A stretch of DNA of 64,000 nt from an uncultured Bacteroidales bacterium. Its GTDB lineage: Bacteria > Bacteroidota > Bacteroidia > Bacteroidales > UBA3824. The notes under the pieces are model-generated. The model had not been told where the DNA came from. It saw only the letters and a list, made by a program, of their open reading frames with translations, and made no database searches. Below, in pieces: positions 48,006 through 57,591 of the stretch. Location of the stretch: NCBI GenBank assembly GCA_947168365.1, contig CAMVLO010000006.1, positions 4,833-68,832 of the forward strand, written 5' to 3'. The position numbers were made by a program, and so were the translations under genes. How positions within the stretch are numbered: the stretch's first letter is position 1; each line of letters begins with the position of its first letter.

Positions 48006-48153
48006 AAAATTCATCAGATTAAATTTTTCTATAAAAAAGCTGTCCAACCTGAAAAGAGTTTGAACAGCTTTTTTTTTAATCATGCGAAACTTCAATAATG
48101 ATAAATTCGTATAAAACAAAAATACTTAATCAATTACATTAAAAACAAAACAC

Positions 48154-49527
48154 ATGAAAAAAATCAATTATTTAATGATTGCTCTTGCATTGAGCACATT
48201 GCCGCTTTCGTCGTGTTCCAAAGACGACGAGGATCCGGATAATACCGTAAACAACAATCAAAACCCGAACAACGGCAATCAGAACGGAGATCAGAACATC
48301 AATCAAAACCCGAACAACAACACAACAGACGAGGGAAAAACATACGTTTGTAGTGTAGAAAATGCACCGGCAAAGATGTCTGAAAAGTTGGGACTTGGTT
48401 GGAATCTCGGAAATCAACTGGACGCTCACGCCAACGAAGTAGCTAACGAAACTTGTTGGGGAAACGAAGCAACTACTCAAGAAGCTTTCAACAAGATAGC
48501 GGCTGCCGGAATTAAAACTGTAAGAATTCCTGTAACATGGATGGGACATATTGGCGGAGCTCCAGAATACAAAATTGAAGAAGCTTGGCTCAATCGCGTT
48601 TATGAAATCGTAGGATACGCAGAAAATGCCGGACTGAACGCAATTATCAACATCCATCATGACGGAGCAGAGTCAAAATATTGGCTTAATATCATAAAAG
48701 CAGCAAAAATTACAGAAGCAAATACTTCTATCAAAGCAAAATTTGAAGCGATATGGAAACAAATTGCAGAAAAGTTTAAAGACAAAGGCGATTTCTTGAT
48801 TTTTGAAGCTGTAAACGAAATTCAAGACGGCAAATGGGGCTGGGGAGCAAACAGAACCGACGGAGGCAAACAATATCAAGTTCTCAACGAATGGCTTAAT
48901 TTGTTTGTTAAAACAGTTCGTGCTACAGGCGGCAACAATGCTACAAGATGGCTTGGTATTCCGGCTTATAATACCGACATCGATTTGGCTGTAGAATCGC
49001 TAAAAATACCTTACGACGAAGCCGGCAAACTTATGGTAGCTGTACATTTCTATGCACCGTCAGAATATACTTTGTCAGTAAAATATTCGGAATGGGGGCA
49101 CACAGGCACAGACAAAGCTGCCAACAGCGACGAAGAAATGGTAAAAACACAATTCAAAAAGCTTTATGACAATTACACCCAAAAGAATATTCCGGTATAT
49201 TTGGGCGAATTCGGAAATGTATGTCGCAATACTGATCCTAATTCAAAACTTGAACAATTCAGACGTTATTATTTAGAATACGTTTGCAAAGCAGCAAAAA
49301 ACAACAGCGTAGCTCCAATTCTTTGGGACAATGGAGTAATTCTTAGGGACAATGGAGTAATTGGCTCAGGAGAAAAAAATGAAAAACACGGATATTTCAA
49401 TCACGCTACAGGTGAATTTATCAACGACGGCGAAGTAATGATTAACGCGATGTTGAAAGCTGTAAACGATAAAAGCGAGGATTATACTCTTGACTGGATT
49501 TATGAAAATGTAGCTCCTAAAAAATAA
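48154..49527 (+). CDS. Glycoside hydrolase family 5 (endoglucanase/mannanase-type) lipoprotein
   Basis: Lipobox 'LPLSSC', Asn/Gln-rich linker, 'IHHD', acid/base 'FEAVNEIQ' and nucleophile 'VYLGEFG'. Confidence 0.85.
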   Translation: MKKINYLMIALALSTLPLSSCSKDDEDPDNTVNNNQNPNNGNQNGDQNINQNPNNNTTDEGKTYVCSVENAPAKMSEKLGLGWNLGNQLDAHANEVANETCWGNEATTQEAFNKIAAAGIKTVRIPVTWMGHIGGAPEYKIEEAWLNRVYEIVGYAENAGLNAIINIHHDGAESKYWLNIIKAAKITEANTSIKAKFEAIWKQIAEKFKDKGDFLIFEAVNEIQDGKWGWGANRTDGGKQYQVLNEWLNLFVKTVRATGGNNATRWLGIPAYNTDIDLAVESLKIPYDEAGKLMVAVHFYAPSEYTLSVKYSEWGHTGTDKAANSDEEMVKTQFKKLYDNYTQKNIPVYLGEFGNVCRNTDPNSKLEQFRRYYLEYVCKAAKNNSVAPILWDNGVILRDNGVIGSGEKNEKHGYFNHATGEFINDGEVMINAMLKAVNDKSEDYTLDWIYENVAPKK

Positions 49528-49561
49528 GGTAATCAGAAGGAACAATAAAAAAAATAAATTA

Positions 49562-49603
49562 GAAAAAAGGCTGTACGTTTTGTAGCGTACAGCCTTTTAT
49601 TTT
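49562..49603. terminator. Bidirectional terminator between the GH5 gene and gpmI
   Basis: aggctgtacg (49568-49577) pairs with cgtacagcct (49586-49595). It is flanked by an A-run and a T-run. Confidence 0.8.
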
Positions 49604-49617
49604 GATGTATAACAAGA

Positions 49618-51153
49618 TTAGTCAGCAATAAGATCGTTACCTGTCATCTCTTTAGGCTGCTCAAGACCCATGATGTGAAGGATAGAAGGAGCAACGTCAG
49701 CCAAAACACCTGATTTAACTTTAGCATTTTTGTTTTCTGTAACATAAATGAAAGGAACAGGATTGAGAGAGTGAGCTGTATTAGGAGTACCGTCAGCATT
49801 CAAAGCGTTGTCGGCATTACCGTGGTCAGCAATAATAACAGTCTCATAATCTTTGGCTTTAGCAGCTTCTACAACTTCTTTAACGCATTGGTCAACAGCT
49901 ACAACAGCTTTTTCGATAGCAGAGTAAACTCCGGTGTGACCAACCATATCGCCGTTAGCAAAGTTAACAACGATAAAATCGTATTTAGAAGTGTTGATAG
50001 CTTCTACCAATTTGTCTTTTACTTCAAAAGCAGACATCTCAGGTTTGAGGTCGTAAGTAGCAACTTTAGGAGATGCAACGAGGATTCTGTCTTCACCGTC
50101 GTAAGGAGTTTCACGACCACCGTTGAAGAAGAATGTAACGTGAGCATATTTCTCAGTTTCAGCAGTGTGAAGCTGTTTCAAACCTTTGGAAGCGAGGTAT
50201 TCGCCCAAAGTATTTGTAACATTTTCTTTCGGATAGAGGATGTGAACGCCTTTGAAAGAAGCATCGTAAGGAGTCATGCAGTAATACTGAATATCATTGA
50301 TTGTGTGCATGCCTTGTTCTTCCATATCCTGCTGAGAAAGAACGATTGTCAATTCTTTAGCACGGTCGTTTCTGTAATTGAAGAAAATTACAACATCGCC
50401 TTCTTTTATTGTACCGTCAACATTAGAATTGATCAACGGTTCCATAAATTCGTCAGTATTTTTATGTTCTTCAGTGTGAGAATCATAGCAAGACTGAACG
50501 CCTTCTACCATATCAGCTACTTTTCTACCTTTGCCGTTAACGATTTGATCGTAAGCAACTTTGATACGATCCCAACGTTTATCACGGTCCATTGCGTAGA
50601 AACGGCCGATAATAGAAGCGATATAACCGCAACCAACTTGGTCGATATGTTTCTGAAGATCAGCGATAAAACCTTTACCACTCTTAGGGTCGGTATCACG
50701 ACCGTCCATGAAACAGTGAACAAAAGTATTTTTTACGCCGTATTCTTTTGCAATATCAATAAGTTTGAATAAGTGGTTCAAAGAAGAGTGAACACCGCCT
50801 GTAGAAGTCAAACCCATCAAATGGATGTTTTTACCATTTTTCTGAGCGTAACCGTAAGCTGACTGGATTTCAGGATTCTGAAGAATAGAATTGTCGTTGC
50901 AAGCACGGTTGATTTTTACCAAGTCTTGATACACGATTCTACCGCCACCAATATTAAGGTGACCAACCTCAGAGTTACCCATCTGACCATCAGGAAGTCC
51001 GACGTTCTCACCGCAGGTCAAAAGCTGTGCGTGAGGATATGTGTTGTTCAAATAATCCATGTAAGGAGTTGATGTATTGTAAATTACATCGCCTTTACCT
51101 TTGTCACCGATTCCCCAACCATCGAGAATCATAAGAAGTGCTTTCTTAGCCAT
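49618..51153 (-). CDS. gpmI: 2,3-bisphosphoglycerate-independent phosphoglycerate mutase
   Basis: 'LMILDGWG', '[14 protein letters not shown]' and 'IADHGNAD'. Confidence 0.95.
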   Translation of the reverse strand: MAKKALLMILDGWGIGDKGKGDVIYNTSTPYMDYLNNTYPHAQLLTCGENVGLPDGQMGNSEVGHLNIGGGRIVYQDLVKINRACNDNSILQNPEIQSAYGYAQKNGKNIHLMGLTSTGGVHSSLNHLFKLIDIAKEYGVKNTFVHCFMDGRDTDPKSGKGFIADLQKHIDQVGCGYIASIIGRFYAMDRDKRWDRIKVAYDQIVNGKGRKVADMVEGVQSCYDSHTEEHKNTDEFMEPLINSNVDGTIKEGDVVIFFNYRNDRAKELTIVLSQQDMEEQGMHTINDIQYYCMTPYDASFKGVHILYPKENVTNTLGEYLASKGLKQLHTAETEKYAHVTFFFNGGRETPYDGEDRILVASPKVATYDLKPEMSAFEVKDKLVEAINTSKYDFIVVNFANGDMVGHTGVYSAIEKAVVAVDQCVKEVVEAAKAKDYETVIIADHGNADNALNADGTPNTAHSLNPVPFIYVTENKNAKVKSGVLADVAPSILHIMGLEQPKEMTGNDLIAD

Positions 51154-51201
51154 AGTGATTTTATATGTTTTTTTAATTTTACCAACCGCAAAAGTAAAAA
51201 T

Positions 51202-53082
51202 TTATTTTACCATCAACAACTTTTTTACGGTTGTATTTTTAGTATTTAACGAACTGATAAAGATAAGGTAAACTCCGGTAGAACATCGATGACCATTTTG
51301 ATTGGTCCCGTCCCAAAAAATTTTTCCGCCTTCGCTTACTGTTTTGTAAACCAAATTTCCCGCAATATCTGTGATTCTGATATCACAATTTTCTTCCAAA
51401 CCCGAAATACAAATTTCGCCGTCAAAATCGGGACGTACCGGATTAGGGAATACTTTTACTGAACTTAAATTTTCTTGTGTTTCTTGTGTATCAGTAAGAT
51501 AAGATGCCAAACCGCAATTGGTTTTGATGTAAACTTCACCGGTTTTCGGAATATATTTCATCATAAAAACCGAATCACCCGGCAGTCCGGAATTACTTTC
51601 GTTGAAATGAAATTCTTCCTCCGAACCGCTTTCGTTGACCACAAAAACACCGGAATTCAACGTAGAAATCCATTTCCGCTGTTTGGAATCGCATTCTATT
51701 GCCGTAATATATTTGCTACTGAGCAAATACTGCGAATAATCGCCGTCATGCTCCGAAGTTTCTGTAATTATGGGTTTTACAAAAAAATAATTATCTGTAA
51801 AAACGGATTCCGGATTAGAAATTGTTGCAACTCCCTTGTTAGTGCCAATCCAGACGCGCCCGTTGTTGTCGAGACTCAATGCCGTTACTTTGTTTCCTAT
51901 GCGTTCACCACCAGAATTTTTCGGATAAAACAACACTGTTTTGTCGTCAGAAAAGTCCGTCGGAGTAGAATTTAAGTCAACAGCAAAAATTCCAGCCGCA
52001 CCTGCCGAAATCCAAAATACATAATCCGAAACTTTTAGTATTTTGTTGACAGAAAGATATTTCAACGGTTCAAAACTTGTAGCAACATGCCAATTACCAT
52101 TATGGTCAAAAACCGAAACTTGTCCATTCATCAAAATAAACAAGTCGCCTTCGGGAGTACAATTCATATCCAAAATCTTATCAGTTAAATAATAGGAATT
52201 TGCATATTGTGATTTCAACTGATGATTTAGATATTCGTAAAGCATTCCGTTTTCAGAACCGAGAAAAATATGATTACTATTGTACGGATTATAAAAAGCA
52301 CAAGTAAAATTCTGATTATCGGAATTTATGATATTGATAATTGTAGAACCCGAAACTTCTGAAAAATATTCGGACGAAAGCGCAATTTTACCGTCAGATT
52401 GTGCGATGTGATAAATGCTATCGCTTTTCAACTGATTGTTTACCAAATTGTTGTAACCATCAACAGGAATATCCGATGGAAAAACCCACGAAAAATCATC
52501 TGAAATTTTCCACCGTTCGGGGTCTTGGATATTTACATCGTTGATATTTACGGAATAAATATGATGCGATGTTTGAGAAAAGATTTTGTTTTGGTATATC
52601 GTTGACTTTTTGATTGTTTCACCGAAAAAACATACAGCGGAGACTTCTTGTTTTTTTACATCAATTAGCGATACGCCCATCTCCAACGATGCCACAATGA
52701 AATCTCCGCTGCAAGTAAGATGATGTATATTTCTGTTATTCAGATTACTACCAAAAGTAATATCTTGAATTGTAAAAAGTTTTCCATTGCTACAAATATC
52801 AAGACTTCCGTTTTTGTAAGCGATTGCGAAATATTTTCCGTCCTCATCGGCACAAGATGCAGAAATATTTGCAGAACTTAGTCCGGAAGTTTTGTTAAGG
52901 TACTGAATTTCGGAATCTTCGTCAATAATGAAAGCACAATAATTGCAAACACAAAGTTTTTTTGCGCCGAAATTGTGGACTTCTTTTACAGTATTGAAAC
53001 TTTGACGTTCCGTCCATTGAGCCAACGCACTGAAACGAAAAGATGTCAACAACAATAAAATCATAAAAAGTGCTTTCATCAC
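51202..53082 (-). CDS. Secreted beta-propeller protein with T9SS C-terminal domain (two-component-regulator-propeller type; possibly PorZ-like)
   Basis: Signal peptide and repeated propeller-like segments ('GRVWIGTNKGV', 'RKWISTLNSGVFVV'). C-terminal 'VFPNPVRPDFDGEICISGL...IFWDGTNQNGHRCSTGVYLIF'. Confidence 0.65.
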   Translation of the reverse strand: MMKALFMILLLLTSFRFSALAQWTERQSFNTVKEVHNFGAKKLCVCNYCAFIIDEDSEIQYLNKTSGLSSANISASCADEDGKYFAIAYKNGSLDICSNGKLFTIQDITFGSNLNNRNIHHLTCSGDFIVASLEMGVSLIDVKKQEVSAVCFFGETIKKSTIYQNKIFSQTSHHIYSVNINDVNIQDPERWKISDDFSWVFPSDIPVDGYNNLVNNQLKSDSIYHIAQSDGKIALSSEYFSEVSGSTIINIINSDNQNFTCAFYNPYNSNHIFLGSENGMLYEYLNHQLKSQYANSYYLTDKILDMNCTPEGDLFILMNGQVSVFDHNGNWHVATSFEPLKYLSVNKILKVSDYVFWISAGAAGIFAVDLNSTPTDFSDDKTVLFYPKNSGGERIGNKVTALSLDNNGRVWIGTNKGVATISNPESVFTDNYFFVKPIITETSEHDGDYSQYLLSSKYITAIECDSKQRKWISTLNSGVFVVNESGSEEEFHFNESNSGLPGDSVFMMKYIPKTGEVYIKTNCGLASYLTDTQETQENLSSVKVFPNPVRPDFDGEICISGLEENCDIRITDIAGNLVYKTVSEGGKIFWDGTNQNGHRCSTGVYLIFISSLNTKNTTVKKLLMVK

Positions 53083-53091
53083 AAAAACGAA

Positions 53092-53637
53092 CTAATTTTT
53101 AACAATTCTGCCCGGATTGTTGGCAATAAATGCTTCCCACGAATTGCCGCCTGATTTTATATTCGGCAAACGTTTTTGATAATGATGACAGACCGCAACA
53201 GCCAAAGCATCAGTAGCATCAAACTTGTCGGGAACTTCATCGAGTTTCAACATCCCGATAAGCATACGCGCGACTTGCTCTTTGGTAGCGTTGCCATAAC
53301 CGGTAACAGCGAGTTTAATTTTTCGCGGTTCATACTCAAAAATAGTTACGCCGTAATTTACTGCCGCAGCAATTGCAACACCCTGAGCGCGACCAAGTTT
53401 CAACATACTTTGAGCATTTTTCTCGTAAAACTGCGCTTCAATAGCCAATTCGTCCGGCTTGTAACTTTTACAAAGTCCGATTACACGGTCGAAAATCATC
53501 TTGAGTTTCAGATATTTGTCTTCCACTTTATGAAGGTCAAGAATTCCGATTGCCAAACATTTAATTTTCGAACCTTCGGATTCTATAATTCCATAACCCA
53601 TAAAGTTAGTACCGGGGTCTATTCCAAGAATTACCAT
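53092..53637 (-). CDS. ruvC: Crossover junction endodeoxyribonuclease RuvC
   Basis: 'ILGIDPGTNFMGYGII', 'DELAIEAQF' and 'DATDALAVAVCH'. Confidence 0.95.
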   Translation of the reverse strand: MVILGIDPGTNFMGYGIIESEGSKIKCLAIGILDLHKVEDKYLKLKMIFDRVIGLCKSYKPDELAIEAQFYEKNAQSMLKLGRAQGVAIAAAVNYGVTIFEYEPRKIKLAVTGYGNATKEQVARMLIGMLKLDEVPDKFDATDALAVAVCHHYQKRLPNIKSGGNSWEAFIANNPGRIVKN

Positions 53638-53640
53638 TTT

Positions 53641-54609
53641 TTAGCTGATACGAACACGAAGTTTTTCAACAAAATTTTTCAAAACATCAAGATTCTTGAG
53701 ATTGAGAGAATCCAATTTGTCGTAAGCCTTTTGGTAATAATCATTTACAAGGTTTTGACAATACTCGTCAACTTTGTATTTGGCAAAATATTCTTTGGCT
53801 TTGTTGTGTTTGTCTTGGAACGATAAATCTTTTGTCTTATAGAAATTTATCCATTCTTGTTTCTTGTTTTCCTCAATAAAATCCAAAGTTTTGATGTAGA
53901 AAATAGTTTTCTTACATTCATTTACATCGCCGCCAACCGGTTTTCCTAAGATTTCCGGAGTAGAATAATTGTCAAGATAATCGTCTTGAAGTTGGAAAGC
54001 AAGTCCTACAAGAATACCCGCATCGTAAATAGTTTGAGCCTGTTGCTCGGTAGCTCCGCCGATTAACGCACCGATTTTGAGACAAGCCGCCGGAAGTACT
54101 GCCGTTTTCAGACGTATCATTTCCAAATAATCTTGCTCTTTGGTATCGTCTTGATTCTCAAAATCCATATCATATTGTTGACCTTCACAAACTTCGATAG
54201 CAGTTTTATGATACAAATTCATAATCTCGGTACGAAGTTCAGCCGGAGATTCCATAACAAGCTGTGATGCGATATAACACATCCCGTCGCCCGAAAGTAT
54301 AGCGACATTATCGTTCCATTTGGCATTTACGGTCGGCTTTTTACGACGCAAATTGCTATGGTCCATAATATCATCGTGAAGAAGTGTAAAATTATGAAAA
54401 ACTTCCATTCCGATAGCGGGACGAACTGCTTTTGAAACATCGTCGCTAAAAAGATTGCAAGCCATAAGAGTAAAAACAGGACGCATTCTCTTGCCTCCCA
54501 AAGAGAGTATATATCTTACCGGATCATAAAAATTCTTAGGTTCAAGGGGAAGATTAAGATTTTTAATTGCATCTTCCACCATAAGACGTAATTCTTCAAA
54601 TGTTTTCAT
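53641..54609 (-). CDS. Polyprenyl (geranylgeranyl/farnesyl-type) diphosphate synthase
   Basis: FARM 'LLHDDIMD' and SARM 'FQLQDDYLD'. Confidence 0.9.
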   Translation of the reverse strand: MKTFEELRLMVEDAIKNLNLPLEPKNFYDPVRYILSLGGKRMRPVFTLMACNLFSDDVSKAVRPAIGMEVFHNFTLLHDDIMDHSNLRRKKPTVNAKWNDNVAILSGDGMCYIASQLVMESPAELRTEIMNLYHKTAIEVCEGQQYDMDFENQDDTKEQDYLEMIRLKTAVLPAACLKIGALIGGATEQQAQTIYDAGILVGLAFQLQDDYLDNYSTPEILGKPVGGDVNECKKTIFYIKTLDFIEENKKQEWINFYKTKDLSFQDKHNKAKEYFAKYKVDEYCQNLVNDYYQKAYDKLDSLNLKNLDVLKNFVEKLRVRIS

Positions 54610-54677
54610 ATTCTAAATTTTTTACAGAGCAAAGATAAAATATTTTTTGGTAAAAATAGAGCGAAAAATCAAAACGT

Positions 54678-54713
54678 AAAAAAAGCGGTCTCCAAAAAAA
54701 TCCGGAAACCGCT
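54678..54713 (-). terminator. Orphan rho-independent terminator-like hairpin (better on the minus strand) in a divergent intergenic region
   Basis: The minus strand reads agcggtttcc-ggattttttt-ggagaccgct followed by tttttt. It forms a 10-bp stem with one G-U pair. No ORF of 60 aa or more lies upstream of it on either strand. Confidence 0.5.
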
Positions 54714-55164
54714 TGTTTTCATTTTATTAATTTACAATAGGTTGTTTTTTTTAAAATACGTAGTTTCTTCTCTAATTGTTAAATCTTTAATACTTATTAT
54801 GTTTCTTACAATTATATCTAAATAATAGTAAAAAAAGGTTTAGGTAATTTTTTATATTTACTATTTTTTGAGTTAAAAGATTTCAGGTAAAATATGTTAA
54901 TAAATAATAGTTTAATTGTTTTAAGTTGTTACAAAAAAAAACTGTTAATAAATTTGATCAAGGTTTATTCTAGCATTTTATTAAGTTAATTAGTTTGTAG
55001 TTGTTATCGTTTGACATTACAAATGTATGTAATAATATCAAAACAGCACTCATTCATTTTGTTCATTTTGAAAATCAACCTTAACATCTTGAAATTCTGA
55101 AAATTAAGAGCTAAAAATTTTCAATATTAAAGATTTTTCTGTTGATTTTTTCTCGAAAAAAATA

Positions 55165-55172
55165 TACCTTTG
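55165..55172 (+). promoter_or_regulatory. Bacteroidota-type -7 promoter box (TAccTTTG)
   Basis: Matches TAnnTTTG, 30 nt upstream of the ATG at 55202. Confidence 0.45.
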
Positions 55173-55201
55173 CTGTTGATAATCAAAAAAACGGTACAAT
55201 T

Positions 55202-56059
55202 ATGCCAAAATATCTTGACCCGAAGGCGGATTTAACCTTCAAGAAAATATTCGGACAGCACAAACATCTGGTGATGAGCCTTTTGAATGCGTTGTTGCCA
55301 TTACCCGACGATATGGAAATTAAGTCGGTTGAATATCTTACACCCGAAAACATCCCCGACACTCCGGCAAAAAAATATTCTATTGTTGATGTGTATTGTA
55401 CAGACAATTACAAAAGAAATTTTATTGTTGAAATGCAATCGTATTGGAACACGGAATTTTTTGCCCGTACGTTGTTTAATGCAGCATCAGTTTATACCAA
55501 GCAGTTGAAAAAAGGGATGTCATTCAGCGACTTGAAAGATGTATACGCATTGAGCCTTGTAAACGATAAAAAAGGTTTTAACTACGGCGACAAAGAATAT
55601 ATTCAGGAGTATTATCTTACTAACAAACAACATGAGAAAGATAAACGCACAGATATTTCAATGGTGTTTATTGTACTGCCAAATTTCAAACCACAGAATC
55701 GTGCCGTAAAAAAAATGCACGACCTTTGGCTCAAGTTTTTAACCGAAATAGATGAAAATACTATAGATGCAGCCCCTGAACTTATTGAAAACAAAGAGAC
55801 TAATGAAGCATTAGAAATGTTGCGAGCTTCGGCATTCACCGACGAAGAGATGATGGCATACGAAAAATATTGGCTTGATGTCAGCACAGAAAAATCTGCT
55901 TTGGAACACGAGCGTGAAGAAGGTCGTGCTGAAGGTCGTGCTGAAGGAGAACAATCAAAAGCCATATCCATCGCCCGCATGATGAAAGCCGATGGCGAAC
56001 CTGTTGAAAAAATAATAAAATATTCCGGTCTTACCGCTGAAGAAATTTCTAATTTATAA
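55202..56059 (+). CDS. Rpn-family recombination-promoting nuclease / putative transposase (PD-(D/E)XK)
   Basis: 'YLDPKADLTFKKIFG' N-terminus, 'SIVDVYCTD...FIVEMQ' nuclease core and the C-terminal 'EGRAEGRAEGE...IARMMK' repeat typical of the family. The listed ORF start 55142 lies upstream of the -7 box. Confidence 0.85.
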   Translation: MPKYLDPKADLTFKKIFGQHKHLVMSLLNALLPLPDDMEIKSVEYLTPENIPDTPAKKYSIVDVYCTDNYKRNFIVEMQSYWNTEFFARTLFNAASVYTKQLKKGMSFSDLKDVYALSLVNDKKGFNYGDKEYIQEYYLTNKQHEKDKRTDISMVFIVLPNFKPQNRAVKKMHDLWLKFLTEIDENTIDAAPELIENKETNEALEMLRASAFTDEEMMAYEKYWLDVSTEKSALEHEREEGRAEGRAEGEQSKAISIARMMKADGEPVEKIIKYSGLTAEEISNL

Positions 56060-56084
56060 AAAAAACAATAAAATAAATTCCGAT

Positions 56085-57503
56085 ATGGAAAATAAATCCA
56101 TAATAATTTATATAATTTTAGGACTGATTGGTCTATTATGTATATGGAACTATTTAAGAAGAAAAAATTTTCAAGAGTCTGAAAAAAAATATACAACAGA
56201 AGTAAACATAAAACATGATTCTTTGGTTTCTTGTTGCCGTTCTTCAATTTCAGAAGGAAATCTAATACGAGCAAAAGAATTAGTTTATGAAATTAAAAAA
56301 TTTGAATCTAACTTCTTGTATTCAGCTTATATACAAAACCGTATAGATACTGCGAAAATAATTTCTGAGATTGAAGCAAAACGTATAAACTTGAGAAATG
56401 ATAGAATCAAGAAAAAAAATTTAGTTTCATCAACAAGAAAATTCTGTGTAAATTTTCCTGATTCTGCAATTAATCATTTATCGAAAGATAATTATGAACA
56501 ATGGTATACCAAAGATTATGAATATTCGATATCCGATGCTGTCTTATCAGAAGATTCCGGCTTCGACGAGTATGAATTGAAAAACTTTCAGTTTAGAGAC
56601 TTAGGTTTGAAATTGATTGATGAAAAAGATTACGATTTGGACGGACATCCTGCAAAAATTTATCATACAAAATTTCGTGATAAAAATATACATCTTTTCA
56701 TTTGCGTTGCAAATATCAACACCTATCAACAATATTTACTTTTTTCCAAAGAAATGGGGGAAATTAATAAAATAACAAAAAAGAGTTACGATTTTTTCGA
56801 TTCATTTGTATTGCTTAGCGACGAAAATACTACTGTTAAAAAATCAGTAAAAGACCAACCAATAAACAACGCTTTGATTGAAAGTACAAAAAAAATTATT
56901 GAAAACAATCTCGAAAATGTCGAAAAGAAACAAGAAGTTATAATTACTTCCCAAAATAATGATGTATTGTATATTGGTGTACCCAATCCTCTTGAAATTA
57001 CTGCTCCCGGCATAGAACCGGAAAATATTTATGCGGAGATTTCAAAAGGATCTATTACACGAAAAAAATCTTCACAATGGATTGCCAACTGCAAAAATCA
57101 AGGAGTTGTAACTATATCTTGTTATTCCAAAAACGATAAGAAACTACTTGCTGACAAAAAATTCACTGCTAAATATGTACCTAACCCGATAGCTTATTTA
57201 TCGTACAAAGATTCAGAATACTATGACGGTAAAATATCAAAAGATAAATTGAAGGAAATAACCGAAATAAAAACTAAAATTCCGAATTTCTCATTAGATT
57301 TCAACTATCATATCATAGAGTATACATTGGTAATAAATCAGCAAACTTATGTAAGCCATACCGCTGCAATAACTGCTCAACAAAAAGAATGTATCGATAA
57401 ACTAAAATCCGGAGATGTTATTACGTTCAAAAATATCAAAGTAAAAGCTGTTGACGGAAGAACACCATTCGTCATCGGATCTTTGTGTTTTACAATCGAA
57501 TAA
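56085..57503 (+). CDS. Membrane-anchored protein with GldM/PorM C-terminal-like domains
   Basis: N-terminal TM helix. The C-terminal third ('VLYIGVPNPLEITAPGI...FTAKYVPNPIAYL...GKISKDKL...NFSLDFNYHIIEYTL...LKSGDVITFKNIKVKAVDGR') follows the GldM_C pattern. The N-terminal two-thirds are unrecognisable. Confidence 0.55.
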   Translation: MENKSIIIYIILGLIGLLCIWNYLRRKNFQESEKKYTTEVNIKHDSLVSCCRSSISEGNLIRAKELVYEIKKFESNFLYSAYIQNRIDTAKIISEIEAKRINLRNDRIKKKNLVSSTRKFCVNFPDSAINHLSKDNYEQWYTKDYEYSISDAVLSEDSGFDEYELKNFQFRDLGLKLIDEKDYDLDGHPAKIYHTKFRDKNIHLFICVANINTYQQYLLFSKEMGEINKITKKSYDFFDSFVLLSDENTTVKKSVKDQPINNALIESTKKIIENNLENVEKKQEVIITSQNNDVLYIGVPNPLEITAPGIEPENIYAEISKGSITRKKSSQWIANCKNQGVVTISCYSKNDKKLLADKKFTAKYVPNPIAYLSYKDSEYYDGKISKDKLKEITEIKTKIPNFSLDFNYHIIEYTLVINQQTYVSHTAAITAQQKECIDKLKSGDVITFKNIKVKAVDGRTPFVIGSLCFTIE

Positions 57504-57591
57504 AAATAAAGACTGTCACAAAATGGTATTAAAATCATACCTTACGTGGCAGTCTTTAAATATTTCTTATTGTTTTAACTACGGGATTGTA

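Noticed and set aside
49771-50772. 333-aa ORF on the plus strand
   Set aside because: It is antisense to gpmI, whose translation carries all family motifs. It is a shadow ORF.
55918-55947. 12-bp tandem repeat gaaggtcgtgct x2.5 in the Rpn gene
   Set aside because: It encodes the EGRAEGRAEG repeat that is a normal feature of Rpn-family C-termini.
55612-56274. 220-aa ORF on the minus strand
   Set aside because: It is antisense to the Rpn gene and the start of the GldM-like gene, with no motifs. It is a shadow ORF. The same reasoning applies to 53176..53826, 48172..48660, 34744..35214, 37586..38032, 29158..29601, 29588..29998, 51475..51975 and the many 60-130-aa overlapping ORFs in the track.
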